Of a stretch of 64,000 bases of DNA, positions 1 through 12,357 are shown piece after piece (within the stretch, counting starts at the first letter, position 1; every line of letters begins with the position of its first letter). The stretch is from Eledone cirrhosa (taxonomy: Eukaryota), in the NCBI GenBank assembly GCA_964016885.1, contig OZ024747.1, forward strand, positions 79,050,001 to 79,114,000, written 5' to 3'. A program made the position numbers and the translations under genes. The notes beneath the pieces were generated by a model. It was given only the letters and a program-made list of their open reading frames with translations, was not told the DNA's origin and made no database searches.

Positions 1-257
1 TAGTATTTCTCAGAGATTATGAAAGAAAAAAAAAGTCCTTTATATGTTAACATACTACTAAATAACAAACACGAGAAGAAACGCCCTACTGTTATTTAAA
101 ATGGTATTTTTAGTGGCAATTTGTATTTTTTCAAATGAAATGTTAATGTAAACAGAACAAATTTAAAATATGCATATATATATATATATATGTGCGTGTG
201 TGTATATATGAGAGTGTGTGTGTATAATTTTAATTGTTTTGATAGATAAAGTGATTA

Positions 258-515
258 TACCTACTGATACCAAACTGCCTGAAACCACCCCAGGTTCTAT
301 GAATCAGAACTGTTTTGGAATATTTATATTTATCTAAAAACTTTCCATCTTTCTTCATAATTTTATGTAAGAACCTTTGTTAAGCTATGCTTCAAATACC
401 AGCTATAATGAATAAGTTATTTTACTAAATTCCTCCAAAATTCTTGATTATTTTCAAAATTATTTGAAAATCATCGAGGTGTATTTCATAACAAATATGG
501 TAATGAAAGGGTTAA
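258..515 (+). mobile_element. TTAA-ended (piggyBac-like) MITE, family 1
   Basis: Ends ...AAATATGGTAATGAAAGGG-TTAA; internal blocks (GGTTCTATG, TTATTTTCAAAAT) shared with about 8 other copies in the window. Confidence 0.65.
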
Positions 516-782
516 ATGGGGAGGGTGGAAGAAGGCATTAAATAAAGAAAGACACCATAAATCTATTTTCTAACAAAATTCTTCAAATAAAAATATGTTA
601 AATTAAATGTAAATTGCTTTAAAGAATATCAAATTCAATAGTTTTAGAGGTAAATATACTGGAGGGAATAATTATATAGAGCTTAATGTTAGTCACAAGT
701 GAATGAATTCCACATCTGCACAAAATATTTACAATCACATCTGTTCATATTTGGGATAAAGTATATAGAGTCAAACATTGAT

Positions 783-1110
783 GTGTGGTTAAGGAGTTTA
801 TTTTGCGAACACATGGTTTAAGTTTCAGTCGTGCTGCATGGTATTTTAGGCAGGTATTTTCTACTATAGCCTTGGGTTAATCAATGCCTCTTGAATGAAA
901 TTTGGTAGATGGAAACTGTAAATCTACTACATATATATTTATATGTGTGTGAGTGTGCCTGTGTCCTTGATTACATTATTTATTGACTGGTTTGATGAAA
1001 AGGGAACAATAAAATAAGCACCAGTCTTGGAAAGAAATACTAGGCTAAATCCCTTTAAGGCAGAGCCCCAGCATGGCTGCAATCTACTGACTAAAACCAG
1101 TAAAAGGTAT
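783..1110 (+). mobile_element. tRNA-derived SINE, family B (degenerate)
   Basis: GTGTGGTTAAG head, CTACTATAGCCTTGGG...TTTGGTAGATGGAAACTG body, CAGCATGGCTGC...AAACCAGTAAAAG tail; body recurs near 16432, 35545, 42608, 52125 and 57202. Confidence 0.65.
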
Positions 1111-1284
1111 ATAAGAAGAATCTTTTATCATCACATCAAAGGCAATGTACTCACCACATACACATACTAAACTACATTAAAAAAAAGGTTGTTTATCTGA
1201 TTTGCCAGCTTACGCTCACAAACATAACATTTGGCCCAAGTTGTAATTATTCATAGTTAACTCTACAAATGCTGCCATGGCCCT

Positions 1285-1520
1285 TTGAACTTATTGATTA
1301 CTCCTGTTAGTCTACTTGTTATCCCACTACATCTCTTGTGTACCCAAGATTTACACCATATGGAGTTTATGCCTAGCCCTTTTCTACATGTTGAGCAAGG
1401 CCACTTACCTGAAGGAATCAGGGTCTTGTCTTCTTTCCTACTCACTAGCACTTTAGTTTTGGCTAAGTTTACTCTCAGACCCTTTGATCCCAAATTCTGT
1501 TTCCATAGTCGGAACTTATT
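1285..1520 (-). mobile_element. RTE LINE RT fragment including partial PHD finger
   Basis: Translates GLRVNLAKTKVLV...GKWPCSTCRKGLGINSIWC..WVHKRCSGI, homologous to about 8095-8270. Confidence 0.9.
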
Positions 1521-2170
1521 TCCTAGTTACATGTGTGTGATAGGTTAAAGACACATCAAGGATAGTTCCATTTTTGTAGTAAAGTGTGTTGTTACAAGTG
1601 AAAGGAAGCAGGAAGTAGTTCATTGATATACAATAGATTATGAAACAACCATAGCTTGGGTTACTCTAGATTTGATAGGATGTGTGTCAGATTGAGCCTC
1701 ACGATACTGGAGTGGCCTTACAGGAAATTCCTATTCAAGAGATAGAAGATATACGTCAGCCAATAAGTGGACAACTTAGCTTGGATGTTCTCACATCAGA
1801 GACAGTGATACTTTGCTGATGTACAAACAACCACATTGCTTCCATCAATGTACTTAATGGCAAAAGACCATTATCATGTGACATAGAAATGCAACTGATA
1901 TACAAGACACACCAAGTCAATGCACTTTTTTCTATTTTCATCATCCCCAATGTGTCTCCCCAACCAACTCTAACAGTAAATTCACCTTCCTAGACCTGTA
2001 ATACTGCATAATTCACTCTGTTCAAATTTATCCTGCAGATATTAACTTCCAAGAATTCTAATGGAATGTCAATCATCTCACTCTCACCAGTCTGAGAGGG
2101 TTTGCAAAGGATACAGACACTATCCCTACTACTCTAACTAGATTATAAATTTAAATAGAGAAGGGGGAGA

Positions 2171-2236
2171 GGCTGTAAGGGGGATTTGGTGACAGTTGGT
2201 CGGGTCAAAATGGTTGCTTTTCTTGGTAATGGGCAC
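2171..2236 (-). mobile_element. ancient CR1/Jockey-group LINE RT relic
   Basis: Reads VPITKKSNHFDPTNCHQIPLTA, resembling the P-I-P-K-K-G-D..D-P-S-N-Y-R-P-I-S-L RT entry motif. Confidence 0.5.
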
Positions 2237-3719
2237 ATTCTCTAGTACTTCATAAGCAGGATTAAAAACCAGAAGAGACACAATCAGATATCTTTGCCTT
2301 GCTGAATCATCAATAAAGTACTCACACTTGACATTTGTGCTTAGATGAGGAGGGGACTAGTAAAGTGGTTAAGGAGAAATGGGGTCCTATTTAGGTGACT
2401 ATTTTAGGAAACATCTCATTGCTATTTGAAACAATGCGTAAGGCATTTCCTAGCCCATGTTTGTATTCGTGTTCAACATCTAACACATCTTTGATAAGGT
2501 TTCTTATTTCATAATCTTGCCTATATTGCTTCCCTTCCATGACATCCTTCTGTGACACCACTTTCCTTTACCCAGAACAATCTTTCATTTTCTCTAAAAC
2601 TATCTCCTCTCTCATTCAACTTTTACTGTGTATACATGCAGTTATATATATGTGAGTAAGCACATTTATATATTTATATACACACATACATATGCATATG
2701 TTTACATCTTTCAAATTAATTTAAAGCCATCTAACTTGTATGTCATTCTGTCTCAGGAAATGGGCCCTACATGAAACTGCATCCCAAAGGAAAGTTTTCT
2801 GGAAAGAATCATAAAACCCCTTCAGCACTGATTAATTACTAACTCCTAACAAAATTCAAGTGTGACCTATACTGCAGTACAGTTCAAATATCTGAGATGA
2901 TACTACAGCTACAAACACACACACACACACAATTCTCCTTCACTGTATCAACAACATCCAAAGATTGCAAAGATTCACTCTTCAACGTACTTCAAAAACA
3001 TTCTCATCAAAGTGCTTTCTTTTTTCTCTGTCTCTCTATCACTACTAAAATAACCTCATATTTTTAAAACTAGCAAGCTACAAATCACCTCCACATGTAC
3101 GTGTACATCCGGATGAATGAAAGGCAATGCTAGCCTTGGCAAGATTTGAACTAAATGACTGGAACTCAATACTGCAAAGCATTTTGTCTGATGCTCTACC
3201 AATTCTGCCAATCCATTTCCCTGACAACATTGATAATAATAATACTATTCTCCTTTATTCTCACTATAGATCATGCTACCTTGAAATAGGTGACTCCGCC
3301 TCTAACCACCATACCTGTTCTATTTACACTCTTGATCATGATTGCCTTAGAACAAGATGACTTCTTTAGTGTTGGTTCCATAATAATAGTATCCAGGCAC
3401 ATCCCATCAAGTGACTGGCATTGAAATGTTAACAACATAAGACAGAGTAGACTTCAGTCACATTAAGATACACACGACCAGGAGGAATTGTAATCCCTGA
3501 GTGAAAATCAGTGCATCACCTGGGGACTGGTATGTGCAATGATGTGCATCATTTCATACACATATTGTATGTGTGGACTTATAACTCTTAATGGAATTGT
3601 AGGGGCATCATCAAGTATCTTGAGCACTTTTTAACTTCTCCATGTCTGAACACAACCAGTTTCTTCCAGAGAAGGAGAGAAAGAGAGAGAAAGAAAGTGA
3701 GAAAGGGATATAGAGAAAG

Positions 3720-3877
3720 AATCAACCTCAGTACCAGACTGGTACTTTTTTTTATTGACCTCAATGTGTGAAAGGCCAAGTTAACCCTGGTGGGATTTGA
3801 ATAAAGAGTGCAGAGAACCAGAATGAATATCGCAAAGCATTCCATCCAACATTCTGACAACTCTGAATTCGCCACCT
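3720..3877 (-). mobile_element. tRNA-derived SINE, family A
   Basis: Reverse complement of the family A core (GGTTAACTTGGCCTTTCAC...GTCAATAAAAAAAAGTACCAG) plus B-box-like TTCAAATCCC. Confidence 0.7.
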
Positions 3878-5126
3878 CATGCGCATATTACTAAGATGTG
3901 AGGATGAATCACCAGGTGGATTCTGAGATCATTCAGAATGTAAGGTCAAGAAAACGTGTTGGTTCTGTGGAGGGCATTTGTTGTTAGCTAACTGGCCTAT
4001 TGTTCTCAACTGTGGTTATTAAATAGCATTAGATTAACTATGAATTTCTAAGCAATTCAATGCACCTACACCATGAAGATTGCCTCAATACAACAGATGA
4101 GAAGGCTGAAAGAACTAAAACACGACTTTGTAAAGTGAATAGGTAAAAGATATGCAATGATATATATTATAAAAGATTCTGGAAGAACCAGCACCAAACT
4201 TTAGATATGAGAGTTACATAAATCCCCAAACTGGATGCCACTGTGTAGTGTCCAAAGTCCCCCTCTCAACATCTAGAGAAAGGAGCAGATACTGAAATAG
4301 CTTAGGTCCTTCAATATTCTGTTTAAAAAAAACTTACACAAAATACTTATATGAGCGATCTTAGCTTTTTTCTGGTTATTGAAATATTTTCTTAAGCATT
4401 CCAACAATTAGTATATGAATTTAAAGATACAGGAAAATATATACAAAAATACAAGAGTTAAAGAAATATATGTAAAGAATGGTGAGTACTTAACTCTTTA
4501 GAAAAAAAAAAAGTTATGATTTAATCTATTTTCTCTTTTACATTACTTTTTTTTTCATGGGTTAATATGGGTTGCTTATTCTGAAAATTTAATTGGTGTC
4601 TTACAGATAGATGCTAGAATGTATATTCCAAATATTTTATCTTAATTTTTATGGATTTTCTTAACACTCCACAATCAAATATAAAATTAAAATGAGAAAT
4701 ATCTCTTATCTTCGTTAGTTATGACTAACAGAATTTAATATTAATTACATTTAGATTCAACAAATATTTTGGACATTAGGAATTATGACAATATTCTTTT
4801 ATTGATTCTTCAGACAATTTTAATATATTTCAGAAAAATAAAAAGAGGTGTATGAATACAAATTAATGGTGCAATTTAACATTATTAAAAATGTTCAATT
4901 CATATAATACACACATAAAAAGAAGCAAATAAAAGAAATTATCCACTACTAGTGCTTCTTAGTTGCTTTATACAAGTGCCTTTAATTAGTAAACAGTAAG
5001 TCTGTCATTCTCATTGGTCACATCTCGCAGCTATACAAAATAACGGCCACCTAATGTTTTTTACGACATGGTATTACAAAGAATGGTTTGGTATTACAAA
5101 GAATGGTTTGGTAGTTTCTCCAATTA

Positions 5127-5341
5127 CTGTATATACTCAAATATAAGCTGAACCTCCCATACCCCACCCTACCTATTTTATGTCTGAGAAATGGGCAAAA
5201 CCCAAACCCCATTTATAAGCCAAGGCAGCTAATCAACACATTGTTCAGATAGCGTATATAAGCCGACCCCGCCGACCCCATTTTACCATCAATTTTTGGG
5301 GGAGGTTACATATTCCTCAGCTTATATTTGAGTATACATGG
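5127..5341. mobile_element. Tc1/mariner-superfamily (Tc2/pogo-like) MITE
   Basis: 25-bp TIRs CTGTATATACTCAAATATAAGCTGA / TCAGCTTATATTTGAGTATACATGG flanked by TA; second copy in opposite orientation at 33049-33264. Confidence 0.85.
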
Positions 5342-6664
5342 TATATCTACACTGAAACACAGAATATTACTACAAACCTTAAGAAGGTGAAACAGACAAA
5401 ATATTGATGATGCCTGAGTAAATGCTGACACAAACACAAATAGAAGTACCAGTTCCCTTCATTGGAATTTACCTTCTGATTTGGTTGTAAACAAGCTAAA
5501 ATAAGACTGATTTATCTAAAATCAGATCTTTGGCAGTTCTCACACTTTTTCTGATACTTGTACCCACATTCACATAGGATGGGTTGAGCCAGCTTCAGCC
5601 AGTATATCCACAAACTGTGAATCGAGGCTGCCCATGTATAGTGATCACAGACCAACACATATTGTCAATCCATCAAGATTGCAATGGTAGATATTTATAT
5701 TCAAAGACCAGATATTAGCTCAACATTTCACTTTTTCATATATTAGCTCAAGATTCCACTTGTTCATACCAATCCACATTCTAAACTGTCCAACTCACCA
5801 TTTACACCATCTAAGGAGGAGCTCTGTTACAACCACATGGTTGATTTCTCATCATGGAGAGGTGAGTAGAGTTTGGATGACTATTATTGACTTTGTCCAT
5901 TGACACAAAACCACACATATATAACAGAAAAGTATCATCATGCCAATTCATAGAGAAGGATTATAGTTGAAGAGATAAAAGGCAATGCCGACTCGTAGGA
6001 TCTGAACTCATAGAATAAAATATGAAATTATATACTGCAAAGTATTCAGTGAAGCATTAATATTTTTACCCACCAAAAATTCACTTTATAGATTTATTAT
6101 TGAAAACCTTTCTTTATTAGCCATTTCTTCATATTGCTCTTATTGTGAAGCTGCATATAACCAGCATGTATGGAATCATAACAATGCAAGCTAAGCCAAA
6201 TGAAACAATATACCTGATATTTTAATCTAAGCTGCAGAAATAACTAAATAATATATTTATGTATGTAGGAAAACTCATAACAATAAATACCGACAGAATT
6301 ACTCCTGATTAGTATTTTAATTAACTTCAGTCATAATTACAAGAACACAAGCAAGAGAAAAATGGCACATGTCTTAAACAAACCTGTATACAGACACATA
6401 TGTATACATATGTTCATGCACATATGCATGTACATACATTGAGAATATATATATACATACACACACATATACATATATATAATATTCAGTTTATGTCCAC
6501 TTTTCAATGCTAGCATGGGCTGGACGATGTTTTTGTGAGGTAGTATTCTATGACCAGATGGACATCATGGTAATTTATTCCACTGACTTTCACACACTGA
6601 ACCAGTGAGCTGCAGGACATATTTTTTATGCATAACATTAACAAATGGCAATGGCTGGCTTGCT

Positions 6665-6666
<2 letters not shown>

Positions 6667-6726
<60 letters not shown>
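6667..6726. repeat. (AC)n microsatellite
   Basis: About 30 perfect AC units; source of the spurious CVCV/HTHT ORFs. Confidence 0.95.
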
Positions 6727-6821
6727 CTCAGTGTTTAATAAAAAGAAATTGAGAGAAAAAAATTCATATAATTTTATCAACAAAATATTAGAATTATAAT
6801 AAAAATAGTAAAATCTGAAAA

Positions 6822-7096
6822 GTGGTTGGTGATAGAAATGGCATCCAGCTATAGAAAACATGACGAACAAAGTGCCTGGAGGACACTTCAGCTGTGTCAA
6901 AGACATAACAACCTCCCTAGTACTGGTGTGATAATAAAAGGAACTTGGTAGAATGTGTGATCGTATATGAGCAAGATGCAGGCCCCTGACCCATCTGATA
7001 AGTCTGTATTCCCACTTGAGAATTGTCTCTTTCAGTGAAGAATCATCCAACACTTGCTAACAAGGGAAATGGACATAAAATGATGATCATGATGAT
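6822..7096 (+). mobile_element. non-autonomous RTE-tail element (older family)
   Basis: GGTTGGTGATAG..GGCATCCAGC head block and CACTTGCTAACAAGG...(GAT)n end; homologous copy at 35931-36248. Confidence 0.7.
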
Positions 7097-7106
7097 ATTT
7101 AATAAT

Positions 7107-7299
7107 GATTTCTAATTTAGGCACAAGGCGAACAATTTGTGGGGACTTGAAAGTCGATTATACGAACCCCTATACTTGACAGATGCTTTATTTTATCCAT
7201 CCCTCAAGAATGAAATGCAAAGTCGTCCACAGCAGGATGTGAACTCAGACTGCAAAAGGCCATAACTAAATGCTTATGATTCTGCCAATCCATTTCCCT
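7107..7299 (-). mobile_element. tRNA-derived SINE, family A
   Basis: Aligns by eye to 20753-20964 in reverse: GGATTGGCAGAAT head, CTGAGTTCACATCC B box, CCTTGTGCCTAAATTAGAAATC tail. Confidence 0.75.
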
Positions 7300-7394
7300 C
7301 AATATTTTAAATAAATGTAAGAATCAAAATCAATGTTAAGTGATACTTAAAAAATAAAACATTAGATACAAACATTAGATACAAATAAATATCA

Positions 7395-9315
7395 AAAATG
7401 CATCTGGTATGGTGGGACACACTATGGTCACCCATATAGTTAACCAAGTAATACAGAATGGGGTCATACTGAAAGACTGGCATAGCAGCATCATCATTAA
7501 CTGCTACAAGGGTAAAGGGGATGCTCTAGATAGGGGAAACTATAGAGGCATTAAGTTAGTTGACCAGGTCATGAAGGTCACAGAAAGAGTTATAGCGCAA
7601 CTAATCAGAGAGCGAATTGATCTAGATAAAATGCAGTTTGGGTTTGTGTCAGGTAAAAGTACCACAGACGCTCTTTTCCTTGTACGACAACTACAAGAGA
7701 AGTACCTAGCTAAAAGTAAACCCCTCTACTTAGCTTTTGTAGACCTGGAGAAAGCTTTTGACAGAGTCCCCCGCTCCATTATCTGGTGGGCTCTTAGAAA
7801 ACTAGGTGTAGATGAATGGCTTGTGAAAGCTATACAAGCTATGTATAATGAAAGTCAGTAAGGTTAGAATTAACAATGAATATTGTGAAGAATTTAGTGT
7901 AAAAGTTGGTGTTCATCAAGGGTCTGTCCTTAGCCCCCCTCTTATTTATTATTGCCCTTCAGGCTATAACAGAGGAGTTCAAGACCGGCTGCCCATGGGA
8001 ACTCCTATACGCAGATGATCTAACGCTCATAGCTGAATCAATGGCTGAACTAGAGAAGAAATTTGAAACATGGAAGCATGGCCTAGAATCAAAAGGCCTT
8101 AAAGTTAACTTGTCTAAGACTAAAGTTCTAGTTTGTAGAAAGGAAAATAGGGCACAGGTGCCCTCAGGGAAATGGCCATGCTCAGTGTGTAGGAAAGGAG
8201 TAGGCAGAAATTCCATTTTATGTCCCAAATGTAAAGTATGGGTACATAAAAGATGTAGTGGGATCACAGGTAAACTATCTAAGAACGTAGACTTTATATG
8301 TGGCCAATGCTCAGGTGCAATAAGTAGCAAGTGTCCAAAGGATACTGGCTCCTTCTATTGCCCAGATGGTTCTATAGAAATAGTAGACACTTTCCGTTAC
8401 CTGGGTGACGAAATCAGCAGTGGTGGAGGGTGTTCTGAAAGTACAGTAGCCAGAGTCAGAACAGGATGGAAAAAGTTCAGAGAGCTTATACCGCTGTTGG
8501 CCACAAAAGGTTTCTCTCTAAAAATGAAAGGCAGATTGTATGATGCCTGTGTACGAACAGCAATGCTACATGGCAGTGAGACATGGGCATTACGTGCAGA
8601 GGACCTGCGTAGACTGGAAAGGAACAAAGCATGCATGCTCCGTTGGATGTGTAATAGTAATATACGTGAACGGCAAAGCATAAATGAACTAAGTGAGAAA
8701 TTAGGAATAAGAGGGATCAGATGCTGTTTATTTTAGAGAAGACTACGTTGGTATGGTCACGTGATGCACATGAAAGATGACAGCTGCATAAAAAAGTGCA
8801 GGGCGATCAAAATTGATGGTAGTTACGGAGTAGGTAGACCCAGAAAAACCTGGGATGATCTGATAAATTCCGACCTCACACACTTACATCTCTCTAAGAC
8901 AATGTCTCTGGACCGAGATCTTTGGCGCTACGCAGTAATACAGAAGACCCGCCTTGCCTATGTACAAAGTGAAACCTACAGTCAGTAAGCACCTCTTAAC
9001 CAAATATACACCCCAATCCACTATCCTCCCACTCCCACCAACAGCACGAGAAAATGAGATCAAGATTGTGTAGGTGTCACGACAAAAAACAGTCCACGCT
9101 GTAATGTGGGCATGTAGGTAACACGCTAAAAAGTTCCCAGTTCCACACTGTAAATGTTGTTGGTGTTAGGAAGGGCATCCAGCCGTAGAAAACCTGCCAG
9201 ATAGTCCTATATGAGCGAGACACGGTCACCCGACCAGCCATGCCTCAAGTGGGACAACTCCCATCTAACCCATGCTAGCGTGGAAAATGGACGTTAAACG
9301 AAGATATGATGATGA
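7395..9315 (+). mobile_element. 5'-truncated RTE-clade LINE (RT + PHD finger + 3'UTR), frameshifted
   Basis: ORFs 7409-7861, 7906-8736 and 8761-8988 give KGKGDALDRGNYRGIKL, MQFGF, FVDLEKAFDRV, WELLYADD, FRYLG, LHGSETW, GRPRKTW; ends AACCCATGCTAGCGTGG...(GAT)n. Confidence 0.97.
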
Positions 9316-9340
9316 GAAACCATATATTATATATATAATT

Positions 9341-9619
9341 ATAATAAAAGGACGATTTGTTATGTCTTCATTACGTTTATTGAGTAGTGACCCTTTTGCA
9401 AGAGATGTCAACATGAACAGACCTGTTATTTTTATCTAAAGACATTTTTTTCCAATTCCATCCCGCCTGACCCCTCAATCTATCTTATTTCTCCTTCTTT
9501 CTTCTGATGAAGGACTAGCGTCCGAAACGTTAAGACTCTCTTCCTGCTATATCAAGCGTTAACCTAATATATCCCTTCCATATACTGTACCGATTGTGTT
9601 GTTATTTCTGTTTACCTTT

Positions 9620-9624
<5 letters not shown>
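9341..9624 (+). mobile_element. hammerhead-bearing non-autonomous element (Penelope/retrozyme-like), short copy
   Basis: Both ends homologous to 34832-35507; contains HHR core; flanked by TA-rich repeats. Confidence 0.7.
9500..9535 (+). ncRNA. minimal type I hammerhead ribozyme motif
   Basis: TCTT-CTGATGA-A-GGAC-TAGC-GTCC-GAAA-CG-TT-AAGA: 4-bp helix I, 4-bp helix II, palindromic ACGT in place of helix III. Confidence 0.75.
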
Positions 9625-9658
<34 letters not shown>

Positions 9659-10130
9659 GACTTACAATAATTATATATTTATATCGAATAGATTAAATAT
9701 ATAAACACTTAAAACTAAAAATGTCTAAAAGGCAACAAAATTCTCCACCTACCCACCCACAAAATATAAAGCACAAATAATTAGTATGTAAAAATGCATA
9801 CTAAAACATTAATGAATTAAATAATTATAGTGAAATACCATGCACACATGTATATATGTGTACGTTTGTGTGTATGTGTGAGTGTATGCATATATGTACG
9901 TGTATGCATTTATGTATGTGCATGTATGTGTTTATGTGTATGTGTATGCATTTATGTATGTGTATGCATATGCATGTTTATGTGTGTGTGTGTGGTATGC
10001 ATGTATTGAATAATGAAGCTCCATAAAAATCCACAGTATTTTTAATTACCTAGTTATTATGATAGCAAAAGCATTAAAATTATCACTGCAAAATATAGAT
10101 TATCATGCCAATTTTTATTGAGGCAATTAC

Positions 10131-10330
10131 AGGAATTTGTTTTTAGAGTTTGTCGATCTGAAGAAAGCTTTCGATAAGGTTTCAAATGAAGTAATGAGAT
10201 GGTCATTGAGAGAGTTTGAAGGGAAGGTTGGAGAGCATCATGGATCAGTTTTAACCTACTACCATTTGTAGCTGTGGTGAAAGTACTGGTACAAAGTGTA
10301 AAAGTGGGTTTACCCTGGGAGTTGTATTAA
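10131..10330 (+). mobile_element. old RTE LINE RT relic with internal deletion
   Basis: FVDLKKAFDKVSNEVMRWSLR joined to KVGEHHGSVL...VGLPWELY. Confidence 0.8.
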
Positions 10331-11676
10331 AAAGTAGTGATCATAAAATGATAATGATGGTCAGTATAAGAAATAAATTACATTATAAATAATATAATGA
10401 AGGAAATTATTAATTTTGTAAAATAAAATATATATTTATGTAGTAACAAAAACTAGCTACACTAAGACGGGGAAAAAAACATTAATGTAAAATTTTAATT
10501 AAAAAAAGAGGAAAATTCCCCCTTGAACACTTTCAATAACAAAAAAAAAATAAAATTGCTCTGTAGTTATGATATAAAACTGCTCATTTTGAAATGTTTA
10601 TCCTTATATGAAAACCTTTCATCATAATTTTATTTTGGTAGTTTTTCTTAAGTATTATTCGAAATATCAGCTCACTAATGAAAAATTTAATTTTATTAAA
10701 TTCTTCCCAAATATTTTGTTATCTTCAAAATTAACTGAAACAGAGGCAGGTTATTTTATTAGAAATATGGTAATTAAAGGGTCAAAGTATTCAACAACAA
10801 AAAAAAGGTGCAAAAGATGTTCGTTATAAAAACATTTATAAGCAAATACTCTAATTATTATTAGAGTTTGAAACTGATGTGTGCATATAAACACACATCA
10901 GTCTCATAACATTGATAGCTACTATTGAACCACCATATTAAAATACATAGTTGGCAAAATATATATTTTGTGAATCTCCTATTCTATTTTTAGAAAATTC
11001 CTTACATATTGTGTGTGAAAGATATAATCAGAATCTCTGACTGATCTATCTTTTCACATTGTTTTAAATAATTTGACCTCTGAATCTGACATGCATATTT
11101 TTCATTTTCGCATGCATTGGATATTTGTTTTTATTTAATGAATATATTTTGCTATTAGCATATAGTATTTTTCATGTGAAAATATTTGGTATAAATCATT
11201 TTTCAAAAAATTTTTTAAAGTTGCCCATGGAAACATTTTGACAAATCATAGTTTTTGTTATTTTTAATGGTTTGAGTAGTCATAATTCCTACAGTCTAAT
11301 TTCACCAGAGGTCTCAGCAAGTAGAACAACTGAGAATCCCATTTATAAATGTGTCTTGTTATTTCATATTCACTCAGCTGAAAATACATACCAGAAAATG
11401 CTGAGATGGAGTGGCTTCCTGTCCAGGTCTTGACTCATTCACTTAACACCAATGAAACTGAGGTAATCTAGAGCCTGTTGGGCCACTGGACATGGGAAAA
11501 GATTGTAACCTTTTTAACCATGTATTTAAACCTGCAAATCAACAGTTATTGACCCCTTCCTCATACAAAAGTGGCTCTCCAAACTATTTAGATAATGTTG
11601 TAATGAATAATTTTATAACTTGTCAATATCTTACAGCTTTTGTCTGATTTGGATATAAAAATTAGAGAATGTCAAC

Positions 11677-12357
11677 TTAACCCTTTTCTTGCCAAACTGC
11701 ATTAAACCACTCCTGGTTCTATACAAAAATTTATATTTTTAAATATTTATATTTATCTAAAAATTCCATCACTGTTTTATGTAAAGACCATTATCAAGTT
11801 ATGTTTCAAATACCAACTTAATAAGACAACAATTATTTTCTATGGCCAGTGGCATTTAAGACATTTGGTGGAGTTGGGCCACTGACAGAAGTTCTGGTCA
11901 TCGTTGGTGTCACAGCTTACCAAGGTGTCAGGTGATGCCTGTGAGGGTGCCTGGTTGTTTCAGTGCCTTAGCCATGCCATCACCTGCAATAATGCTGCAA
12001 GCATGTGGCTTGCCTCAAAAATTTCCATTAACCCTTGTGATGTGCAGCTGATTGTCGCACCTGGTGGTGAATTGATGGTAGTTTTTGTTTTCCTTTTTAT
12101 TTTCTCTCCTACTTTGATTGTATGTGTTGTATTTGTAAGGTTCCTAACAATAGTTAATTGTATTTATTATATGTGTTTATATTTTCATTCTGAAAGAATT
12201 GTGAACAATGTGTAATGCTATATAACTGTGAATAAAATATATATAATGAGACAGCTTGTTATATTACTAATTCCTTCCAAGTTCTTAATTATTTTCAAAA
12301 TGCTTTGAAAGTTACAGGAAGTGTCTTTCATTAGAAATATAGTAACAAAAAGGCTAA
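11677..12357 (+). mobile_element. TTAA MITE family 1 split by a nested insertion
   Basis: Left part 11677-11842 and right part about 12258-12357 are colinear with the 258-515 copy. Confidence 0.65.
11843..12247 (+). mobile_element. 3' end of RLE-type (CRE-like) non-LTR retrotransposon
   Basis: PVAFKTFGGVGP...VSGDACEGAWLFQCLSHAITCNNAASM resembles the FETxG...LFQRLSxAIxRxNA C-terminus; followed by AT-rich 3'UTR with AATAAA. Confidence 0.7.

Noticed and set aside
4070-4125. Possible further hammerhead relic ATGAAGA-TT-GCCT...AGGC-T-GAAA
   Set aside because: Core altered at several positions and no convincing helix I or III
6510-7053. ORFs of 64-162 aa with CVCV/HTHT runs (also 25240-25646, 41148-41400, 55250-55462)
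   Set aside because: Produced by (CA)n, (TA)n and (CAT)n microsatellites and repeat tails
7959-8681. Minus-strand ORFs over the LINEs (also 44586-45685 and 1285-1548 plus)
   Set aside because: Antisense shadows of RT coding sequence with no independent motifs
10873-10902. Short stems (ACTGATGTGTG/CACACATCAGT; also 19751-19772 and 32923-32952)
   Set aside because: Stems of 9-11 bp are expected by chance in low-complexity AT-rich DNA
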